A stretch of DNA of 64,000 nt from Patescibacteria group bacterium (lineage in GTDB: Bacteria; Patescibacteriota; Microgenomatia; 2-02-FULL-39-11). The notes beneath the pieces were generated by a model. That model saw nothing but the letters and a program-made list of their open reading frames with translations, had not been told where the DNA came from and did no database searches. The stretch is from assembly GCA_023379265.1 (NCBI GenBank), contig JAMCUI010000009.1, forward strand, positions 36,091 through 100,090, given 5' to 3'. Positions 27,422 through 37,648 of the stretch are shown here, piece after piece (position 1 is the first letter of the stretch; every line of letters begins with the position of its first letter). The position numbers and the translations under genes were made by a program.

Positions 27422-28618
27422 ATGAAAAAAGTCTCTGTCTCAAAAAGGGCAGCAAATACGCCCGCTTCTGCCATAAGAAAACTGGTGCCTTTGGCTGACG
27501 CAGCAAAAAAAAGAGGCATTAAAGTTTACCATGTGAATATAGGCCAACCTGACCTACCAACCCCTGATCCAATACTTTCGGCAATAAGGCATTTTAAGGA
27601 ATCTACTATAGAATATGCTCCATCAACTGGTGTATATGAGACTATGGAGGCATGGAAAAAGTTTTATAGTGATAAGGGAATAAAATTTGATGCCTCTGAC
27701 ATACTGGTGACAAGTGGAGGTTCGGAAGGTCTGATTTTCGCCTTTCTTACAGTGGCAGATCCGGGGGATGAATTAATAGTCTTTGAGCCTTTTTATACGA
27801 GCTACGCCATAATTGCTGCAATGGGCAATATAAAGTTGAAAGCAGTTAGGACAAAGGTGGAAGACGGTTTTCATCTTCCGCCTAAAGCAGCAATTGAGAA
27901 AGCAATTACATCAAGAACTAAAGGGATTGTAGTGTGCAATCCGAATAATCCTACCGGTACTCTCTATACGGATGCGGAAGTGAAAATGATTGCAGAGTTG
28001 GCTCTTAAACACAATCTTTTTATCATTTCTGACGAAACCTATCAGGAGTTAGTCTTTGATGGGAAAAAAGTATTGCCGTTTGCCTCATTTCCCAAACTTG
28101 CAAACCAGTTGGTTGTGACGGATAGCGTTTCTAAACGTTTTAATAGCTGTGGAGTGAGGATAGGTTGTGTCGTGAGTAAGAATAAGGAAGTAATGCAGTC
28201 AATTTTAAGGTTTGCCCAGGGAAGATTGTCTGTAGCCACAGTCGAGCAGATGGCTCTTATCCCTATGCTGTTAAATCATAAGCCTTATGTCGCCAAGATA
28301 AGGAAACTTTATGAGAGTAGAAGGGATACGGTGGTGCGTGAGCTGAAAAGAATTCCAGGCGTGACAGCCGTCGCGCCCGAAGGAGCTTTTTATATAATTC
28401 CCAAGCTTCCTATAAAAGATAGTGATGACTTTGCATCATACCTTCTTAGTGATTTTTCTGATCGGAAAGAGACGGTTATGGTGGCGCCAGCAACAGGTTT
28501 CTATGCTACACCTGGGTTGGGTAGCAACGAGATTAGAATTGCCTATGTGTTAGAGGAAAAGAAGCTTGAAAGGGCAATAGAGTTATTGGGTTTGGCAATC
28601 AAAAAATACAACCGTTAA
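27422..28618 (+). CDS. aspC: aspartate aminotransferase (class I/II PLP aminotransferase)
   Basis: Start ATG 27422 with RBS aaaggagga. Aminotransferase class I motifs include SVSKRFNSCGVRIG (PLP-Lys region). The ORF-track start 27341 is upstream extension. Confidence 0.8.
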   Translation: MKKVSVSKRAANTPASAIRKLVPLADAAKKRGIKVYHVNIGQPDLPTPDPILSAIRHFKESTIEYAPSTGVYETMEAWKKFYSDKGIKFDASDILVTSGGSEGLIFAFLTVADPGDELIVFEPFYTSYAIIAAMGNIKLKAVRTKVEDGFHLPPKAAIEKAITSRTKGIVVCNPNNPTGTLYTDAEVKMIAELALKHNLFIISDETYQELVFDGKKVLPFASFPKLANQLVVTDSVSKRFNSCGVRIGCVVSKNKEVMQSILRFAQGRLSVATVEQMALIPMLLNHKPYVAKIRKLYESRRDTVVRELKRIPGVTAVAPEGAFYIIPKLPIKDSDDFASYLLSDFSDRKETVMVAPATGFYATPGLGSNEIRIAYVLEEKKLERAIELLGLAIKKYNR

Positions 28619-28692
28619 ACTTTCTCTAATTTCAAAATATCTATTTATCAGGTTTTAGTATTAGTGGTTTTTTTAATTTACTATTTATTTTT

Positions 28693-30069
28693 ATGTTGAG
28701 GGTACTTATAAAAGATACGGTCGGCAAAATTGGTGAAGAAGTGACTTTATACGGCTGGGTGAATGCCGTGAGAGATCACGGTAAAATCACTTTTATCGAT
28801 TTGAGAGACAGTTCGGGTATAGTACAGGCTGTAGATGCTAAAGGACTGGCTAAAGTGTCAGCAGAAAGTGTGGTAAGGATTGTAGGATTAATCAAGGCAC
28901 GTCCTGAAAAAATGGTGAACCCAAATATAGAAACGGGGAAAGTTGAGATTGAGATAAAATCTTTTGATGTTTTGTCCAAATCACAGGAGTTACCTTTTCC
29001 TATTGATGGTGATGGTTATGATATCAACGAGGAGGTAAGACTGAAGTATAGATATTTGGATTTGAGACGGAAAAGATTGAATAGGAATATAAGATTGCGC
29101 TCACAATTTGTCCAAAATATAAGAAATTTCCTATTCTCAAATAACTTTTTAGAGGTCGAGACTCCCCTTTTGTCGCAGTCAACACCTGAAGGTTCAAGAG
29201 ATTTCCTTGTTCCATCTAGACTTCAGCCTGGCAATTTTTATGCTTTACCCCAATCTCCGCAACAATATAAGCAGCTTCTGATGGTTGCGGGAATGGAAAG
29301 ATATTTTCAGATTGCCAGATGTATGAGAGATGAGGATTTGCGTGCCGACCGAGGGTTTGAGCATACGCAGATTGATATCGAGATGAGTTTTGTGGAAAGA
29401 GAAGATGTGATGAATATACTGGAGAAAATGATTACAGAAGTGATGGAAAAAATGGGACAAAAGATAAAGAAGAAACCTTTTCCAGTATTTACATATAAAG
29501 AAGCGATGGAAAAATTTAAGTCTGACAAATTTGATTTGAGAACAGAGGAGGAAAAGAAAGAAAGTGTGAAAGCTTTTGCCTGGGTGATTGATTTTCCTTT
29601 TTTTGAAAAGGATAAAGAGGGCAAATGGACGTTTACTCATAATCCTTTTTCCAATCCTATGCCGGAGTATGTTAGTGATTTATTGCAGAAGAAAAATATA
29701 GAAGGTATTCTGACAAGCCAATACGATCTTGTTTGTAACGGTTTTGAAGTGGGAGGCGGCAGTATTAGATCTCACGATCCCCAAATATTAGAATCCGTTT
29801 TTGAAGTAATGGGTTATAAAAAGGACGAGATAAAACAAAAGTTTGGACATATGCTGACAGCTTTCAGCTACGGAACTCCTCCTCATGGAGGATGCGCTTT
29901 TGGTGTTGACCGTCTTATGATGATTTTGACTGGTGAACAGTATTTGCGTGAAGTAGTAGCTTTTCCGATGACTTCAGGTGGAAGGACAGCTGTTATGGAT
30001 GCACCATCTCCAGTGAGTCCTACTCAACTTAGGGAATTAGGATTATCCCTTCGCAAAAGTGAAAAGTAA
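28693..30069 (+). CDS. aspS: aspartate--tRNA ligase, compact 458-aa form lacking the GAD insertion domain
   Basis: N-terminal OB anticodon-binding domain. Class IIb motifs FYALPQSPQQYKQLL, MRDEDLRADR, GGGSIRSHD and GFGVDRLMM. Length is far below the bacterial ~590 aa. Confidence 0.8.
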   Translation: MLRVLIKDTVGKIGEEVTLYGWVNAVRDHGKITFIDLRDSSGIVQAVDAKGLAKVSAESVVRIVGLIKARPEKMVNPNIETGKVEIEIKSFDVLSKSQELPFPIDGDGYDINEEVRLKYRYLDLRRKRLNRNIRLRSQFVQNIRNFLFSNNFLEVETPLLSQSTPEGSRDFLVPSRLQPGNFYALPQSPQQYKQLLMVAGMERYFQIARCMRDEDLRADRGFEHTQIDIEMSFVEREDVMNILEKMITEVMEKMGQKIKKKPFPVFTYKEAMEKFKSDKFDLRTEEEKKESVKAFAWVIDFPFFEKDKEGKWTFTHNPFSNPMPEYVSDLLQKKNIEGILTSQYDLVCNGFEVGGGSIRSHDPQILESVFEVMGYKKDEIKQKFGHMLTAFSYGTPPHGGCAFGVDRLMMILTGEQYLREVVAFPMTSGGRTAVMDAPSPVSPTQLRELGLSLRKSEK

Positions 30070-30100
30070 TCAAATTGAAGACTTTCAAGATAAGCCAGTA

Positions 30101-31069
30101 ATGACAAAACTTTCTAGAAAAAAATCCCCTAAAAAAAATTTTTGGAGGATAATATATTTTACTCTTTTTACTTTAGTTTTGTTTCTTTTTCCTGCGCCAA
30201 ATATTTATTTTCAGACTGTTGCTGATACAGGCGGTCTCTACTTGCCGCAAAATATAAAATTGCCTCCTCCACCAGCCTATCCGGTCATGGTTGGCAATCC
30301 TATACCCCCAGTAGTGACGGCCCAAGGGGTGTATATTGTGGATATACCCTCAAAAGTTGTACTTTACCAGAAAAATCCAGACGAAGAGTTTCTTCCAGCA
30401 TCTACTACAAAAATAGCAACAGTTCTAGTTGCTCTGGATCATTACCGTTTGGATGATGTCTTGAAAGTGAACACAGTTATAACAGATGGTAGCGTAATGG
30501 GTTTAGTACATGACGAGCAGATTACTGTTGAGTCACTTCTTTATGGAGCGCTTGTGGAGTCCGGAAATGATGCTGCATACACACTCGCAGAGAATTATCC
30601 TGGAGGGGTATCGAATTTTGTAGACATGATGAATAAAAAGGCACAGGAATTACATCTTTCCCATACTCATTTTGCCAATCCCATTGGTTTTGACGATCCG
30701 CCAAATTACACAACTCCTTCCGATTTAGCCAAGTTGGCTATGGCAGCTCTTCATAATAAAACATTTACAAAGATTATCGGTATCAAAAATATTACCGTTT
30801 CAGATGTGACTTATACCTATTTCCATTCACTGACAAACGTAAACCAATTATTGGGGAAAATTCAGGGGGTAGCAGGGGTTAAAACCGGTTATACCCAAAA
30901 TGCAGGTGAGATATTGGTTTCTGAGGTAAAAAAGAATGGACATTCGGTACTCTTTGTTATATTAAAAAGTGATGACAGGTTTGGTGAGACGACTCAACTG
31001 ATAAATTGGATTTTTAACAATTTCGGATGGAAAAATATAGAATCAGTGGTTCCGACCGGTTCGTCTTAA
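30101..31069 (+). CDS. D-alanyl-D-alanine carboxypeptidase (serine-type, PBP5/DacF family)
   Basis: N-terminal TM, then SxxK (ASTTK), SGN (ESGNDAA) and KTG (KTGYT) motifs. Start taken at the internal ATG 30101 to avoid overlap with aspS; the ORF-track start is 30059. Confidence 0.7.
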   Translation: MTKLSRKKSPKKNFWRIIYFTLFTLVLFLFPAPNIYFQTVADTGGLYLPQNIKLPPPPAYPVMVGNPIPPVVTAQGVYIVDIPSKVVLYQKNPDEEFLPASTTKIATVLVALDHYRLDDVLKVNTVITDGSVMGLVHDEQITVESLLYGALVESGNDAAYTLAENYPGGVSNFVDMMNKKAQELHLSHTHFANPIGFDDPPNYTTPSDLAKLAMAALHNKTFTKIIGIKNITVSDVTYTYFHSLTNVNQLLGKIQGVAGVKTGYTQNAGEILVSEVKKNGHSVLFVILKSDDRFGETTQLINWIFNNFGWKNIESVVPTGSS

Positions 31070-31105
31070 GAGAAATGTGTGGAAAATCGTTTGTAAAAGA
31101 AGAAA

Positions 31106-32164
31106 TTATTCCAACCAGTCAGAAATAATTGCAGGTTCATAAGCTACAAAACCGTTGTCACCTTCAAAGACAAAGATTGGCTGAAGATATGATTGTGGTT
31201 GGTCACTATCATAATAAGCCAGATATATTTTTCTTATTACAATATTTTCAGGACTGTTGTTGCCCATATCCACGATTAGTGCATATCCGTCAGTAAGGTC
31301 TTTCCAGGCCGCAGACCCGCTTTTAAGGGGATATGTTCCGAAATCATCAAAGGATATTGGCCAGAACGAATAAGACATTTCTAAAATTCTGGTGTTTGGC
31401 GTGGTTCCGGCATTAAAAAGGACGTGATTATAACTTTTATTAAATTGAGGAGGAAGGGTTCTCATTCCGTCCAGGTCGTTTCTGAAAAAATTTATTCTGA
31501 GAACATTTGCATCCGAGAGGCTTGATGCGGGAAAAAAGGTTTTTGTTTTAGTATTGTATGAGAGTAATTCATAAGTGATTTTACCCTTTAGTATGCTGTC
31601 GTCAAACAGGTTATTCAGCTGTATAAAAGTTTTCACTTCATTAAACGCATCATCTTTACTTGTAATTCCCCCTTTGACAAATATGTCAGAATTATTCTGA
31701 TAATCATATTTCAGGAGAAAATTCATAGTGTTTATATCAAGGCTCAGAGTTCTGAGGTTGTCTCCTGGATCTGTAAACAGATAATTTGTAGGCGTGATAA
31801 GCTGTGGATCGTTGGTAAATCCAAGCTTTGTGGCAAAACTTTTTGCTCTGTCGGCAGCTAAAAGTGAAGGGAGTTTTTTGGGCATGAGATATACTTTTCC
31901 GGCGGTTGTAGTTTCCGGTGGTCCTCCCTCAACCGTTTCCAGAGTGAATTTCATTCCTGATGAGGATGTAGACACATGAGTAAAGACAGGATAGGGAATT
32001 TTGCCGTATTTGACGTCAGGAGGAGGGATGGGTATAGGATGGGTGGCTTTCCAGTATTGCACGCCCACTCCGACAAACACCTTAAGTATAAGGTAACAAA
32101 TGAAAACTATTACCAGCCAAAACAAAAACTTTCTGGTGGCTATTGAGATTTCAGTAAGATTCAT
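31106..32164 (-). CDS. hypothetical membrane-anchored protein
   Basis: 352 aa with a single N-terminal TM helix and Pro-rich linker. No recognisable domain. Confidence 0.4.
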   Translation of the reverse strand: MNLTEISIATRKFLFWLVIVFICYLILKVFVGVGVQYWKATHPIPIPPPDVKYGKIPYPVFTHVSTSSSGMKFTLETVEGGPPETTTAGKVYLMPKKLPSLLAADRAKSFATKLGFTNDPQLITPTNYLFTDPGDNLRTLSLDINTMNFLLKYDYQNNSDIFVKGGITSKDDAFNEVKTFIQLNNLFDDSILKGKITYELLSYNTKTKTFFPASSLSDANVLRINFFRNDLDGMRTLPPQFNKSYNHVLFNAGTTPNTRILEMSYSFWPISFDDFGTYPLKSGSAAWKDLTDGYALIVDMGNNSPENIVIRKIYLAYYDSDQPQSYLQPIFVFEGDNGFVAYEPAIISDWLE

Positions 32165-32208
32165 ATTATAAATTGAGTATAAATGACCTCATAGGATATA
32201 ATCAACTC

Positions 32209-33657
32209 ATGACAGAAGTGCGTACTCGTATTGCTCCTTCTCCCACCGGGGAGAATTTACATATAGGCAATGCCTATACTGCTCTTATAAACTATGTTTT
32301 TGCCAAAAAAAACAAGGGCAAATTTATAGTCAGGATAGAGGATACTGACAGGATAAGATTTATCGATGGATCAGAAAAAAGGATACTGTCGTCGCTAAAA
32401 TGGTTGGGGATAGAATATGATGAGGGGCCGGATAAAAAAGGGCCGTATGCACCATACCGACAATCTGAACGTCTTTCCATATATCAGGAAAAGGTAAAAG
32501 AATTATTGAGTAAAGGTCACGCTTACTACTGTTTCTGTACACCTGAACGTTTGGCCGAAATGAGGAAAAGCCAGCAGGAAAAGGGTATACCGACATTGTA
32601 TGATGGGCGTTGCAAGAATTTATCAGTGGAGATTGCTTCGAGTAAAGCGGAAAAAGAAAAGTATGTAATCAGATTAAATGTTCCGGATGAAGGAGAGACA
32701 CAATTCTACGATATTATAAGAGGCAAAATTTCATTTGAAAATAAACTGATAGACGATCAGGTACTCCTCAAGTCCGACGGTTATCCGACTTACCATTTGG
32801 GGGTGGTGGTTGATGATTATCTTATGAAGATATCCCATATTATAAGAGGTGAGGAATGGATATCCTCTGCGCCCAAACACGTCTTGCTTTACAAGGCTTT
32901 CGGATGGGAATTGCCCAAGTTTGCCCATTTACCCCTCTTGCGCAATCCCGATAAAAGCAAGCTTTCTAAAAGAAAAAACCCCGTTTGGGTGTCTTGGTAT
33001 AAGGATGAGGGGATATTGCCCGAGTCGCTTCTAAATTATTTAGCGCTTATGGGGTGGTCCATGCCTGCCTCGCCGGCAGGCGAGCCTGAAGGACGGGATA
33101 AATTTAGTGTCCCAGAAATGATAAAAGAATTCAGACTAGAGGATATCAAAACGACTGCACCTATATTTGATATAGAGAAATTAAAATGGCTGAATAAAAA
33201 ATATATTCTAGAGATGTCTCTTCGGGATAAAGAGAAGTATTTAAGCTATGTCAAAATATATAGCAGATATACTTCAAATGCTGATTTTGGCTCAATTGTA
33301 AAGGATACCGCAGAACTTATTGCCCCAAGAATTAGTACTTTCAAAGAGTTTGACAAGCTTTCATCATTTTTCTTTGAAAAACCAACTAGTTTCGAAAAAA
33401 AACTACATGTTGATTGGATTAAGTTATTCATGAGTATAGGGGATAAAATTCTAGCTGATAAAGCCGTTTTTGAGAAGGAAATAAATGGTTTAGCCAAGGA
33501 AAAAAATATTAAGCCGAAAGATTTGTTTATGGAATTGCGAGTGGCAGTGACAGGAAAAACAGTGGGCCCTCCGCTTTTTGAATCGCTTCAGGAATTGGAA
33601 AAAATTCACAAAGGTGAAATGAAGGAAAGGTTGGAAAGTGTGATTAAATCCCCATGA
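32209..33657 (+). CDS. gltX: glutamate--tRNA ligase
   Basis: Class I motifs HIGN (APSPTGENLHIGNAYTAL) and KLSKRK. Start chosen at ATG 32209 (MTEVRTRIAPSPTG); the ORF-track start is 32173. Confidence 0.85.
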   Translation: MTEVRTRIAPSPTGENLHIGNAYTALINYVFAKKNKGKFIVRIEDTDRIRFIDGSEKRILSSLKWLGIEYDEGPDKKGPYAPYRQSERLSIYQEKVKELLSKGHAYYCFCTPERLAEMRKSQQEKGIPTLYDGRCKNLSVEIASSKAEKEKYVIRLNVPDEGETQFYDIIRGKISFENKLIDDQVLLKSDGYPTYHLGVVVDDYLMKISHIIRGEEWISSAPKHVLLYKAFGWELPKFAHLPLLRNPDKSKLSKRKNPVWVSWYKDEGILPESLLNYLALMGWSMPASPAGEPEGRDKFSVPEMIKEFRLEDIKTTAPIFDIEKLKWLNKKYILEMSLRDKEKYLSYVKIYSRYTSNADFGSIVKDTAELIAPRISTFKEFDKLSSFFFEKPTSFEKKLHVDWIKLFMSIGDKILADKAVFEKEINGLAKEKNIKPKDLFMELRVAVTGKTVGPPLFESLQELEKIHKGEMKERLESVIKSP

Positions 33658-34511
33658 AACCCCTTCATCTTAAAGGCTATATGCAGTTGGTATTATCCGG
33701 ATTGATATTCGGATTTAACGGAGTTTTTCAAAGATGGATAGATATGCCGGCTCCTGTACTCTTGGCTTTCCGTTTTTTATTTGGAGCGTTTGCTCTTTAT
33801 ATTTATTTCCTGCTGACAAAAGAAAAGATCAGTCTTTCCGGTTTTAAGGATAAAAATGTTTTAGCCGTTGCGATTTTTAACACATTGACTGCTGTTTTGT
33901 TTTTCTATGCGCTGTCCATGACAACAATTGCTAATGCTGAGATACTCCTTTACACTGCACCTGTTTTTTTAGTTGTTTTATCGCCCGCAATTTTTCATGA
34001 AAAGCTTGAGAAGATGACTATAATCAATCTTTTAATCGCTTTTTTGGGTGTGATCCTTATTTTTTCGAATACAAAAATAGCTCTTTCAAATTATACCTTG
34101 AAAGGCATAATGTTAGGTCTGTCAGCGGGTTTTGTATTTTCTCTCACTTTTATTTTCGGAAAACTGGCGAGAACAGAATTTTCCGGAATGAAATTGAATT
34201 TCTATCAAGTGTTAATAAGCGCCTTAATTCTCCTTCCTACGATATTTTTCGTCTCTTATCATATGACAGTGGACAAATTTGTCTTATTGATAATTATGGG
34301 AGTTATTATGACGACCATATCGATGTCATTATTTCTCGGAGGGCTTAAAAGTGTCAAAGCTCAGCATGCTGGAATCATTTCCTACTTTGAACCATTGTCT
34401 GCAGTAATCTATGCAGCCTTGCTTTTTGGAGAGATCCCTACTTTTTCTACGCTTATCGGAGGCGCTCTGATAATTTATGCTGGTTATAGCGTCATAAAAA
34501 AAGAAGAGTAA
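33654..34511 (+). CDS. EamA/DMT-family transporter
   Basis: 285 aa, ~10 TM helices with duplicated EamA-like halves. Confidence 0.65.
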   Translation: MKPLHLKGYMQLVLSGLIFGFNGVFQRWIDMPAPVLLAFRFLFGAFALYIYFLLTKEKISLSGFKDKNVLAVAIFNTLTAVLFFYALSMTTIANAEILLYTAPVFLVVLSPAIFHEKLEKMTIINLLIAFLGVILIFSNTKIALSNYTLKGIMLGLSAGFVFSLTFIFGKLARTEFSGMKLNFYQVLISALILLPTIFFVSYHMTVDKFVLLIIMGVIMTTISMSLFLGGLKSVKAQHAGIISYFEPLSAVIYAALLFGEIPTFSTLIGGALIIYAGYSVIKKEE

Positions 34512-34521
34512 GGATGGTATT

Positions 34522-35112
34522 ATGTCTAAACTTCTGATTGCCTCCAAAAATCCTGGTAAAGTGCGGGAAATAAAAGAAATATTCTCCGGCCTTCCTTTTG
34601 ATATTTTGTCTCTTTCGGATTTCGGAGATGACACTAACGTGAAAGAAACAGGTAAAACGTTTGAGGAAAATGCCGTACTTAAGGCCAGAACAATAGGGAA
34701 AAAGACGGGACTAATGACTTTGGCAGATGATTCTGGTTTGGAAGTGGATGCCCTTGGTGGAAAGCCGGGAATTTATTCTGCTAGGTATACGGTGGGAACT
34801 GATGAAGATAGGGTTGAAAAGGTCTTAAAGGAAATGTCAGGAGTCCCGAAAAAGAAAAGGACGGCCAGATTTGTGGCCGTTGTTGCTCTTTATGATCCTC
34901 AAGCAGACAAGGCTTTTACATTCAGAGGAGAAAGTGAAGGGTATCTTACACAAAAGCCAAGTGGCAGGAATGGTTTCGGGTATGATCCGATTTTCTATAA
35001 CTTTGATTTGGATAAAGTTAATGCTGAAGCGTCACCTGCTGAAAAAAACAACGTGAGCCACAGAGCCCGCGCGCTATTGAAATGTCGGAACAAGCTTTTG
35101 AGCTTATACTGA
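34522..35112 (+). CDS. rdgB: non-canonical purine NTP pyrophosphatase (RdgB/HAM1)
   Basis: 196 aa. IASKNPGKVREI and a FGYDPIF motif typical of the Ham1 family. Confidence 0.85.
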   Translation: MSKLLIASKNPGKVREIKEIFSGLPFDILSLSDFGDDTNVKETGKTFEENAVLKARTIGKKTGLMTLADDSGLEVDALGGKPGIYSARYTVGTDEDRVEKVLKEMSGVPKKKRTARFVAVVALYDPQADKAFTFRGESEGYLTQKPSGRNGFGYDPIFYNFDLDKVNAEASPAEKNNVSHRARALLKCRNKLLSLY

Positions 35113-35178
35113 CTTCAATAAGAAAGTCAAATTTCCATTAACGTACTCATTGGGAAGTACCGGTATAAACTGTTGAGT

Positions 35179-36042
35179 TTAAGTTAACTGGTCAATCCAG
35201 TGAGGATTTGTTTCTACCTGAATATCGATATAAACTTTCTGGTTAGTAGCCGTTTCCAACTCTTTTCTTGCAGCCATACCGATTTCCTTAATCATCCGGC
35301 CATTTTCTCCAATAATCATTTTTTTATACCTATCTGCTGAAGTAATAATTCGGGTCTTTATATAGACAATATTGTTATTACGGTGAGTTATCTCATCTAC
35401 GAGACACGTCAGAGAATAGGGCACTTCTTTGCGTAAAAAAAGAAAGGCTTTTTCTCTCACAATTTCTGCAATGTATATTTTACTGTCAATATTAAGAGCT
35501 GGAGTCGGTCTATCGGTAGCATCTACTATTTTTTTCCCTTCTGGTAAAAGTTCAAAAATTGCATCAAGCAGGTAATTCAAGTTGTTTTTGTAAAGTCCGG
35601 ATATCATTACAGTTTTGTCAAATTCTTCTTCCATGAATTTATAGTGGGGTAGATATGTGGGTTTTTTAATATCAATCTTATTTATTGCCAAAATTTTAGG
35701 AGTATTGATATTTCGTACCAAACCCAACGATTTATTTTCTTCCATGTCGCGGTCTCTAGTGTGATCAGCAAGATATACTACCACGTCTGGTCCTTGTGAT
35801 AATGTCTCTTGGGCCATGGGATTAATGGATTTAGACAACGGGTCATGGACTTTTCCGAAGATTCCCGGAGTGTCGATGAAGATTATTTGTCCTCTAACGT
35901 CTTCATAGACAGCCTGAATGGGAAATCTTGTAGTTTGCGGTTTTGGCGAGGTGATAGAGACCTTATGACCTAAAATGTTATTCAGCAAAGTTGATTTGCC
36001 GCTGTTTGGCCGGCCGACAATCGCTACATAACCTGACTTCAT
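35179..36042 (-). CDS. era: GTPase Era
   Basis: G1 GRPNSGKST, G3 DTPG, G4 NKID, and a C-terminal KH domain. Confidence 0.9.
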   Translation of the reverse strand: MKSGYVAIVGRPNSGKSTLLNNILGHKVSITSPKPQTTRFPIQAVYEDVRGQIIFIDTPGIFGKVHDPLSKSINPMAQETLSQGPDVVVYLADHTRDRDMEENKSLGLVRNINTPKILAINKIDIKKPTYLPHYKFMEEEFDKTVMISGLYKNNLNYLLDAIFELLPEGKKIVDATDRPTPALNIDSKIYIAEIVREKAFLFLRKEVPYSLTCLVDEITHRNNNIVYIKTRIITSADRYKKMIIGENGRMIKEIGMAARKELETATNQKVYIDIQVETNPHWIDQLT

Positions 36043-36105
36043 AGTTATTTCTTATAGTTGTAACTTCTTGACAATTATACATTGTTAGAATAGGATATTG
36101 ATAGT

Positions 36106-36360
36106 ATGCAAAAGTGGTGGAATGATTTTTATAAAAATAATAGATCTATAGTCTGGGCGGCTGTAGCCGGGGTAGTTTTGAGTCTAGGAGTTTTGTGGAA
36201 AGTGCCCGATGAGGTGACTAGATTTACGCTCATTATGCCTATTTTTGCCGGATTTATACTTTTTGCCATTTTGACTACTGCTGATGAGGAATTGGATGGT
36301 AATTTATCTGAAGAAAAACCGGAAAAGAAGGCAAAAACAAAAAAATCCTCAAAGAAATAA
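36106..36360 (+). CDS. small membrane protein, Lys-rich C-terminus
   Basis: 84 aa, two predicted TM helices. Hypothetical. Confidence 0.35.
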   Translation: MQKWWNDFYKNNRSIVWAAVAGVVLSLGVLWKVPDEVTRFTLIMPIFAGFILFAILTTADEELDGNLSEEKPEKKAKTKKSSKK

Positions 36361-36377
36361 TCTATTCTTAGCCGATT

Positions 36378-36998
36378 TTAGGGAGTAATTAAATCACCTA
36401 GTTTTTTAATTGTTTGGATACTTGCCATTTTCTCATTAGAGATTCTATTTAGCCAAATTATATTGAAGCGTTTTGTAGAATTCAGTTTTTCAACGACACC
36501 TGGGTGATTATCCACAATTACACTACTCTCGGGCATCGATTTGGTAAGAGAGGGCCTCAGCTTTCTTCTGGAAATAAAGATGTATTCTTTTTGGAAAAAA
36601 TCCAAAATACCTGATTGAGACAATTTGTGTAATTGAAACTTTCTAAATCCCTGCGAATATATACCTAATTTATTATTTGTCACCAGTTGGCATAATGTTT
36701 TTGTTACCTCTGGATAAAGTGCTTTTTTATAGTTTTCCTCATTTTCCCAAAAAATTTTCCAGAGTACTGCATTTTTTATTGCAAGTTTACCTGCTAAAAA
36801 TTTAATAAAAGCCTGTGGGTGAAAATCGGTACCTGACTCCAGATTTTCAAAATATTTTGAGGACACGTTTTCTACCTCTACCAGGTCTATTTTAAATGTT
36901 TTGGTAAACTGTGTCCTTACTCTTTCCCCGAAAAATCTGGAATCAAACAATGTTCCGTCAATATCAAATAGAACGATTTTTTTCCTTATTGGTAACAT
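36378..36998 (-). CDS. HAD-superfamily hydrolase
   Basis: Motif I VLFDIDGTLFDS at N-terminus. 206 aa. Confidence 0.6.
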   Translation of the reverse strand: MLPIRKKIVLFDIDGTLFDSRFFGERVRTQFTKTFKIDLVEVENVSSKYFENLESGTDFHPQAFIKFLAGKLAIKNAVLWKIFWENEENYKKALYPEVTKTLCQLVTNNKLGIYSQGFRKFQLHKLSQSGILDFFQKEYIFISRRKLRPSLTKSMPESSVIVDNHPGVVEKLNSTKRFNIIWLNRISNEKMASIQTIKKLGDLITP

Positions 36999-37051
36999 GT
37001 TTCGAATTATACTACTTTAATTCGCCTAGTTTTGCGTGTGATAATTGACAT

Positions 37052-37648
37052 ATGTTATCCGGCAGAACGACAATTTTTATACTTGGTGGATCAGGGACAG
37101 GTAAATCAATACTGGCTAAAGCATTGTCAAAGGATTTGGGCTTGTCCCTTTTTCAGACTGATACATATCGGGTCAAACTGCAAAACAAATCAAAACATAA
37201 CCATTCTCCTATTTGCCGTCTTCTTGATGAAAATAGCTATATGAAATTTTCCCAAAAAGAGCTTCTCGAAATACATCAAGAAGTTAGCCGACTCACTTGG
37301 GTAGAGTTTATGAAGGATTTTCAAAAGTTAAAAAGGAAGGAAAAAGGATTTATTATTGAAGGAGACGATTTACTGCCAAATTTTATTAAAAGGCTTAATA
37401 AATTATCTTTGCCAATCCGATCAGTTTGTCTTTATGAAGGAAAGAAAGAGATGATTGAAGAAAATATAAGGAGGCGTGATCACTCGTTTGGTGAGAAAAG
37501 TGTTATTTTCAAAAATCAAATTCTTCACGCTTATTTGAACGGAACAGAGATTTATCACGAGGCTGTAAAATATCATATTCCTTGTGTAACTTCACGACCT
37601 TTTCCAACACTAACTAAACGGGTTATGAAGATATTAAATCTGAAATAG
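37052..37648 (+). CDS. P-loop NTPase/kinase-like protein
   Basis: Walker A GGSGTGKS near N-terminus. ~198 aa; family uncertain. Confidence 0.45.
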   Translation: MLSGRTTIFILGGSGTGKSILAKALSKDLGLSLFQTDTYRVKLQNKSKHNHSPICRLLDENSYMKFSQKELLEIHQEVSRLTWVEFMKDFQKLKRKEKGFIIEGDDLLPNFIKRLNKLSLPIRSVCLYEGKKEMIEENIRRRDHSFGEKSVIFKNQILHAYLNGTEIYHEAVKYHIPCVTSRPFPTLTKRVMKILNLK

